Shown: positions 55,591 to 64,000 of the stretch, in pieces | Layout of the letters: each line of letters opens with the position of its first letter | Numbering within the stretch: position 1 is the first letter of the stretch | Source: Octopus vulgaris | Taxonomy: Eukaryota | Assembly (NCBI GenBank): GCA_951406725.2 | Contig: OX597821.1 | Span: forward strand, 1,922,001-1,986,000 | Direction: 5' to 3' | DNA length: 64,000 bases | Program-made: the position numbers and the translations under genes | The notes under the pieces: generated by a model | The model's input: the letters and a program-made list of their open reading frames with translations, nothing else | What the model was told of the DNA's origin: nothing | Database searches by the model: none

Positions 55591-56810
55591 CCTTTGATAA
55601 AATCAATCATGGAATGATATGTCACAAACTGCGTGATCTTGGCATAGTTGGAAAATTGGGAGAATGGCTTCATGACTTTCTAAAGGATATAAGTCAGGTG
55701 GTAGTAGCCATGGGGCCACCTCCAATAACACGCAAATAGTGAGCGGTGTCCCGCGAGGCACTGTTTTGGGACCACTGCTGTTCATAATGGCCCTCTCAGA
55801 CATGCCCTCAGTCACGATCACAAGTTATGCAGATGATAAAAAAGTTTCACAGGTAATACAGAACCCTGAAGACACTACACACCTGCAATGTGAGCTGGAC
55901 AAAATATACAAGTGGGCTGAAAAGAATAGCATGCAGTTCAATGCTGAAAAGTTTCAAGCTTTATACTATCAGCATGCAAAACTAAATGCAATACCCAATA
56001 AATACACTGGACCTGGAGGGATTGCAATCCCAGAGGCACAATCAGTGCGAGACCTGGGTATTTACACGAGTGATGATGCAACCTTTCATGTGCATGTTGC
56101 TAATTTGGCAATGAAATGTAGGCGGCTGACCGGATGGATTCTTAGAACCTTTAGAACAAGTGACCAGGAAACCATGATGGTCCTCTGGAGGACACTTGTC
56201 CTAAGCCACTTTGACTATTGCTCTCAGCTATGGTCATCAACCAGTGTCAAATTAATCTCAGAACTTGAGGCGATCCAACGAAGTTACACGAAGAAGATAG
56301 CCTCTGTGCAGTATATAAGCCATTGGGAAAGACTCTATTCCTTAGAGCGTAGGCGAGAAAGATATGCCATAATATACATCTGGAAAATCCTGTAATGACT
56401 TGTCCCAAACTTTGGTATCGAGAATTACACAAATACTAGAACTGGGCGCCACTGCATAGTGCCAAGTACTCCAAATTTGCCATCAAGATGGAGGACAAGA
56501 TACTGTGATAGTCTGGGCTTCAGAGGTCCACAGCTCTTCAATATCCTCCCGAAGAACCTAAGAGACCTGCATGGGGTGGATGCAGATGTCTTTAAAATAA
56601 AACTGGATCTCTTCCTGTCAGGTGTCCCAAATGAACCAACTTCACGGCAGGAGGTGCAGATGAAGGAAGCTGCATCGAACTCTCTCATGCACCAAATGTC
56701 AATTGCTAAAATGCATTCGTGAAGTAAAATCACGTAGCAACACCGATTGGCGGTGCCCCAGCTTGGCCACAGCTCGTGAGCTGAAACTAGATAAAATAAA
56801 ATAAAATAAA
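55587..56810 (+). mobile_element. 5'-truncated CR1-group LINE (RT domain to 3' tail)
   Basis: KAFDKINH, SGVPRGTVLGPLLF, YADD, VRDLGI, DYCSQLWS, LERRRER and GPQLFNILP; frameshift and stop present; (TAAAA)n tail. Confidence 0.95.
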
Positions 56811-56815
56811 TATAT

Positions 56816-56871
<56 letters not shown>

Positions 56872-56935
56872 GTCTATCAATTTATAAATGTATATATAAT
56901 ACATATATATATAGTAATATCATATATATATATAC

Positions 56936-56994
<59 letters not shown>

Positions 56995-57682
56995 TGTGTC
57001 TGCTTGTATTGATTCTACATACATATATACATGTGCTTCTATGATACACATGCATGCGCAAAGACATGTGAATGAATGTTTTGATGTGTACGTATGATAC
57101 GCTCTTGTATAATACAGAATGTATAATTTAACAGTACTTGATAAAAATTGATAATCAAATTTTATTTACAAATCTTATATCGCAACATATTAAAATATTA
57201 CAGTTTGATTTACTTCTGCAACAAACTCATATAATTTTAAAAATATGTTTCTGCCTAAATTAATATGCAGCGTAAAATTACAAGTCTGGCCAATCTTATA
57301 TTTCATTCTGGAATAGAGTCTAGAATTTTAATAAAATCAACGAGCAAAATAAATTAGGAGACATTTTAAAAATAATTAATTTTGCGATTTTGCTTATTTC
57401 TATTTCCTGGAATATGAAATTTTTGTTATTTAATATCGTCTGTTACCGATTCCGTTGTTGAAGAACATGCTAATTCGGTTTGAGTGCTACGTTATTCTAC
57501 TACATTAATTCTTATATTATTTTATTGCTCTTTTTCATTCTTATTGTTAATGGCGGTTGTTTGGCCGAATGATTTTGATTATTAGAAAATGTGTAAGGCA
57601 TATTTGCTTCTCTTCTTCATTTTCTGAGTTCAAATCCTAGACATACTGAAACATCGACTTTATTTTTATCTTCTTTTGGAAT

Positions 57683-57879
57683 GAGACTATTGGGTGCAGT
57701 TGTTTTGGCACTGATGTTTTGGCGGGGGTACGTTTAGGAACACTTACTCATACACACAAAAGCAAGCATGATCGAACGCAAGAATATACGTGTTCTGATA
57801 AACAGTGAGACAGCAAGGGAGTCCAAGTCATTACTCATACATAGAATCATAACTAGATACTAACATACATAAAGAAAAG

Positions 57880-57910
<31 letters not shown>

Positions 57911-58062
57911 GAAATAGAGAGAGACAGAGATAGAGATAGAGAATGACGGAGATAGATAGAATGATAACGAGAGAGCATTAGAATAGGCCCGCTGTCAAAA
58001 AGTCAACGTCGAATCAGCGTCGCCAAATAGGTTGCACCAACAAGGCAATGCCAAAACGTCTC
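57683..58062. mobile_element. MITE-like element with internally repetitive inverted termini
   Basis: GAGAC..(GTTTTGGC)x at the left end and (GCCAAA)x..GTCTC at the right end; a second copy lies at 36609. Confidence 0.55.
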
Positions 58063-59361
58063 AAGCTTTGCGTAATGTTAAATAGAAGCTACTCATGTCT
58101 AACTGATAAACTAATTCTTCCCTCAGGAAATTATTTGTCTTGTTTTTATTTGTAAATCATTATTTTACTGGTTTAAGAGGCAGTACTTTGGCAGAATCGG
58201 TGCAGTACCCGGGAATAAACCTCTAGGAACTTAGTCCTGCTCTGTTTCTTCTTATTTGAATTCCGGCTTCAGTTATTGTTGCTCACCACCTTTCCCAGAC
58301 TGCATAATGTATAGCAACAGTCAAGTACTAGTGCGTACTTATTAGACATTTCACATCTCATACTCGTAAACAATTCTTTTTACCGGTTTAAGCCATTGTA
58401 ATGCGACCATTCAATGGCAAAGCCTTCAAGTTTTATGCTTAGTTGATTACACTATCCATAATAATTTTATGTTGCGCTTGATTTATGAATACCGCAAGAA
58501 GAAATTTGTTTTGTTGGCTTCAGTTTAGAGACGTAAAAACACAACTACAACTGGAAAGATTAACTCAACGTATTTTTGCTTGGCTTACCTGCTTTTCACA
58601 CACACACACGCACACACACGCGCGCACAATTTGACTTATGCTCTCACAATTCTGCGAATCCATTGTTTCCACGTCTAATATGTTATCTAACAACTAAGCA
58701 CACACGCGAAAAGATGTTCATGATGAGACTGTTATCGAGCGGTTTAGTCCAGGTATTTTCTTTCCATTCTCTTTTCTCATTAAGACAGAAACCCATCTTT
58801 TCACCGCTGTTATTCAAGTCTGAATTTGTGCCTATTTCACATAAGTTTATCAACCTATTCCCAAAATATTTTCCAGCCATTACTTGATAATTGAATCAAT
58901 CGACAATGCCCAGTTTATACAATGCGTATGGTCACTGTGATAAAGATATTAACCATTATTTATGTTTCAGCATTGTTGTTGTGTTGCTATTGTTTGTTCC
59001 TTCGCCTTCACAATTAAACACCATTGTATGTCTCTGGAGAAAAGGTCATCGAATTAACCTCACCGGGAACATTATATTTCTTATCCGTAGAAAGGTAGTT
59101 TTCTTATTGGTTAACAAGCCTAATTCACCAATAATGCACTGCAGGTGAACACAGATGCGCATAAAGTTGCATGTAGACTCACACCTACAGAAAGTCTGAG
59201 AGAAAGTCATACAAACAAATGCAGGGCAACACACATGAACAATCAGATGCACGTTTATACGTAAACATGGTAATGTACAGGCTGTGCATTAATGATTATG
59301 TGTACTGATATACACGAACACTATAAGCACACGTACATGCATAAACATGCATAAACATAAG

Positions 59362-59393
<32 letters not shown>

Positions 59394-59899
59394 CAATTAA
59401 GCTAGTTCTCCTCTGCTCATTGTGTAATGAGTTCATAATACAGCCATTTCAAGTTCTACTTTTATCTTTGCAAAGTCGATAAAAAAGTAACACTGACATA
59501 CTAGGACCTGCTTTTTCTTTCATTCGTTCTTCCTTTCTTATTTTCATTTCCTATCTCTCCGTCCCCCCCTTACTATCTAAGAATCAATTTATGCTTCTTA
59601 TGCATTCAAAATGGACGTCCAGGCGTGTGCTGATATAGCGCAGTCCTACACCACTCGGGAACTCACACTCACGCTCAAATTGAAGGAAGATCAAAGTAGA
59701 GTTGTATATTAAATAATAGATAGAAACAGGAAGTAGACGTCGATATGATTTACGATTCTTTTAGCGGCATCATTGTGTAGCTAAGAACGGCATTGATAAC
59801 AGGGATAGAGCACCACAATTTCAGAAACTTTATTAAAATTAGAATTAATTTCATGTTCTAAAGAATCTCACTTCGGAAACATTTTTGTTTTCCGTAGGA

Positions 59900-60006
59900 T
59901 TTTCAGTAATTGTCTTCTAATTCAGTCCCGCTCCGACAAAATTCCAATATCTTTTAAGCGTATTTGGTAGATGTAAACTGTACAGAAGCCCGTTATATGC
60001 GTATAC

Positions 60007-60037
<31 letters not shown>

Positions 60038-60126
60038 TGTATGTATGTATGTATGTATGTATATATATATATGTATATACACACGCACATATATGTATGT
60101 AAGTATGTATATGTATATATATGTAT

Positions 60127-60190
<64 letters not shown>

Positions 60191-60535
60191 CTCGTTTTGT
60201 CTGTATTTGTACCCCAACTGCTTCTAACCAGTGTGGGATTGTTTTTGCTCACATAACTTAACGGTTCAAAAGAGAATCGATGAAAGAAATTACAGATATA
60301 TATATATATACAAAAAATACTAGGATTGATTTGTTCGACTAGGTCCCTTCAAGGCATTGCTCCTGCGCAGCGGCGGTTCAATGACTGAATGAAGTGAAAG
60401 AAGCGCCTGGTGGGTGGGCTGGAGCTACGTCAAATGAAGTGTTTTGCTCAAGCACACCATACATACCTCAGTGCAGAAATCGAAACCTCATTCTTACGGT
60501 CTTGTGTGCAACACTCTAACCACTAACCCACACAC
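59900..60535. mobile_element. Old SINE family A copy (+) followed by a tRNA-like SINE head (-)
   Basis: ATTTGGTAGATGTAAACTG..GAAGCCCG and GATTTGTTCGACTA, then GAAATCGAAACC...ACTCTAACCACTA. Confidence 0.6.
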
Positions 60536-61777
60536 ATCCAAAATATATGCATACATACATACCTTTATATAGACGTATATGCATAGACACACACAAAACA
60601 ACCATGCATTATGCTGTTTAAATTCCAGTGAAATGGTGCTGATCATGCAAGAAATGGGCTGTTTCTCTGTTTGTGAAAAATTCGAAGAATATAATCAGAA
60701 AAACACAGACATTCCCACACGATGCACACTCATACACAGACAGACACATACACCCAAACACACACACACGTACACACATACATGCACACACATGTACGTA
60801 TAAATACATATGTACACATATGTGCGGCATAGAGATGTGTTCACAAAAGCAACATTTCTTTTCATCTTGCTTCGTTGAAATAGTTGAATTTGGAATATAT
60901 TTAGCATTATATTTGAATAACTTCTTTCAGTATATTTTCCATTTTCTTCTCTTTCTTTATTTTTCGGTATTTTATTCACTTTTATCTTTCTACAACGATT
61001 TTCTAGTATCTAGTAGCGTGAAGCTGAACTACCTTACTATCCTATGCTTACATCTACTTCCAAACCGCTTGAAATATTGGGGAAAAAACTGACAAAAAAA
61101 CTAGAAGTAACGTTTAACATACATAAATAATTAAATATATAAATGTATGAACATATAATAAATTTTTTACCATTTGCCCCACTAATTGGAATATTGATGA
61201 AACAGATACCAAATGCACTTTGACAATTTAAAGACTTCAAAAGCAGTATAGTATATAAAAAGGAAATTTTTGCTTTAAAATTAAGCAAATATTCAGATGA
61301 AATAAATAATGTTTGAAGACAAATTATTCGCTGAGTTGCATTGTCATACTCAATGTAGCGAAGTTTTTTGGGTTTTTTTAAATTTTTTAAATTCCGTATA
61401 TGACAGGGTTACACGATGTGGATGTAATCACTTATGATTACAAACAGTGTCTCGTTTTTCAAAGTCCAGCGAAAGACACACACGCACACACAAAAAGAAG
61501 CAGACACAATACACATGCACATAAATAGTGTGCGTTTATGTGAATGCATGTATATGTATATACATATGCATATAATGTATGTATATCTATCTATCAATCC
61601 ATCCATCCATCCATCTATCTATCTATTTATCTCTCTATTTATTTTACTTTCATCAAATATAAGTGGTTTTCTACTGATACGGATTTCATATGTTCAGCTA
61701 CTATGCACACATAACGACACATCAATCCACGCACACACATACACATAGACACAAACATATACACACGCATATCCATA

Positions 61778-61839
<62 letters not shown>

Positions 61840-62430
61840 GATACATACGTATATATATATATATATACTTATATAATATATTCATATACATATATAAATG
61901 TACATATATATATATATTTACATGCATATATATATATATTCATATATACATATATATGTATATATCCATTTATATATGCTCACACTCACACACATACATA
62001 TATTTCAAATGTATACATAACTATATATATATATATATATATACATCTTTATGCACACACACACACACACATACACACGCATGTCTAAAGACAAACGCTA
62101 TCTCACCCGTATGTATATTCATGGCTGCATCGCTGTACGTTCTATTACATTTCATTTAGTTTCAAGTGTCCGTTTCATGTCACACGATGATTATGTCTGA
62201 TGAGTAGTTTTTCGATTTTTTCAACCCGTTTCAATGATTCGTTATATAAATAAGGTGATACATCATAATATACGCATATGTGCGTGCACACACTCGCACG
62301 CGCACATACAGACAGACAAGCAGACAGATAGATACAGACACAAACATTTATAGTCTGCACTCACATTGTACATACGAACATACATCTACATAGACACAAA
62401 TTGACTTAAACATGTGTGTATATATATATG

Positions 62431-62484
<54 letters not shown>

Positions 62485-62551
62485 AGGTCCCGGGTTGAGT
62501 CGGGGTTAACCACAGTAAATAAGGTACTCAATACATAGCAGAGCAAAGTAA

Positions 62552-62913
62552 TTTATTTTATAGAAGAAGCCTCTACAGGACTAGAACTGTTTCATTCAGA
62601 TGAAATCTTCAGGAAGCTGGCTGTCAAAATAAGTTCTGGTATTTATGCATTTAGGCAGATATAATGGGGTGGTGGGGGGACGTTTTTTGGGTAGGTTGGT
62701 ATTTAGGAGATAAACAGAGCACAAGCTATTGTTCTTAGGGGAGTGGTCAAAAGGCCAGAGAGTTTTTTGAAAAGAGAAGAATCAGTGAGAAAATAAATAA
62801 ATGAATAGACTAAGAGACTATATATTTATGTATGCGTATGTGTATTTATATATACATGTGTATTTGTATATAAATGTATGTGTGTATGCATGTATATTTG
62901 TGTATGGATGTAA

Positions 62914-62949
<36 letters not shown>

Positions 62950-63924
62950 ACATGTAGATTTATGTATGTGTATATATATATATGTGTATATGTGTAGATT
63001 TGTATGTACGTGTATGTATGTGTATGTATGTGCATGTGTGTATATGTGTGTATGTATATGCATGTGTGTATTTATATATGCATATATGTATTTATATGCG
63101 TATATATACTTATATATGCGTATTTGTATTTATATGCACATATGGTTTTATATGTGCATATGTGTTTATATATGCGTGTATATATTTATATGTGTGTGTT
63201 TTTGTGTACATATGTATATTTATGTATGTGTTTATATATGCATAATTATGTATATGTTTATATGTACATGGGTATATTTATGTATGTATACTTATGTGTA
63301 TTTGTATGTGTATATATATATATATGTATGCATATATATATATATATGTGTGTGTGTGTATGTAGGTGTATGTATGTATATGTATATGTATGTATATATA
63401 TATATGTGTATGTGTATATATGTATATATGTATGTATGTGTTTGTTTGTATGTATATATATGTGCGTATGTTATGTATACTTGTGTATATTCGCATGTGT
63501 ATGTATGTGTATTTGTAAGTATATTTATTTTATATGTTTTTTTCATGTATATTTATCTATTTATTCCCTCCACCTAACAAAAACACACTGCCTACCTCTT
63601 CTTGACCACCTAAAAGCAATTGTCTTCTATTTTTACCTAAAATCCCATCCCGTACGTCTGTTTCTATTCATTTATTCTATTTATTCATTTATTTATTTTC
63701 TCACTGATTCTTCTCTGGTCTTTTGACCACTCCCCTAAGAACAATAGCGTGTGCCCTGTTTTTTCTCCTAAATACCAACCTACCCAAAAAACGTCCCCCA
63801 CCATCACCCCATTATATCTGCCTAAATGCATAAATACCAGAACTTATTTTGACAGCCAGCTTCCTGAAAATTTCATCTGAATGAAACAGTTCTAGTCCTG
63901 TAGAGGCTCCTGCTATAAAATAAA
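62552..63924. repeat. About 250-bp inverted repeats flanking about 750 bp of degenerate TA/TG microsatellite
   Basis: 62552-62808 is the reverse complement of 63682-63924 with few mismatches and one indel. Confidence 0.93.
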
Positions 63925-63932
63925 AATAAAAT

Positions 63933-63968
<36 letters not shown>

Positions 63969-64000
63969 GGCGCAGGAGTGGCTGTGTGGTAAGTAGCTTG
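63969..64000 (+). mobile_element. SINE family A head (runs off the window)
   Basis: GGCGCAGGAGTGGCTGTGTGGTAAGTAGCTTG. Confidence 0.85.

Noticed and set aside
62801-63726. 258-aa and 240-aa ORFs
   Set aside because: They lie in a degenerate TA/TG tract and an inverted-repeat arm, with no domain-like sequence.

Overview
AT-rich, gene-poor animal genomic DNA, intronic or intergenic. The SINE families and very dense (TA)n/(CA)n/(TATG)n/(TCTA)n microsatellites resemble an octopus or other coleoid cephalopod genome; this is inferred from recalled repeat sequences, not from a search. No intact host protein-coding gene is supportable, and nearly all ORFs in the track are microsatellite read-throughs. 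The window is a mosaic of tRNA-headed SINEs (at least 4 families), CR1-group and R4/Dong-like LINE fragments, three mariner remnants, MITEs, a Gypsy integrase remnant, a non-autonomous Helitron and a 1.3-kb A-tract satellite. The most notable signal is a set of short, mutually unrelated elements, mostly next to microsatellites and often in inverted or foldback arrangement, carrying minimal type-I hammerhead ribozyme motifs with palindromic stem III (a Penelope/retrozyme hallmark). One of them is a tRNA-Ser-headed SINE with a hammerhead in its 3' part, present as a head-to-head pair flanked by a 12-bp direct repeat (37742-38395). A SINE-LINE shared 3' stem-loop with compensatory changes and a possible heavily decayed GPCR pseudogene are also visible.
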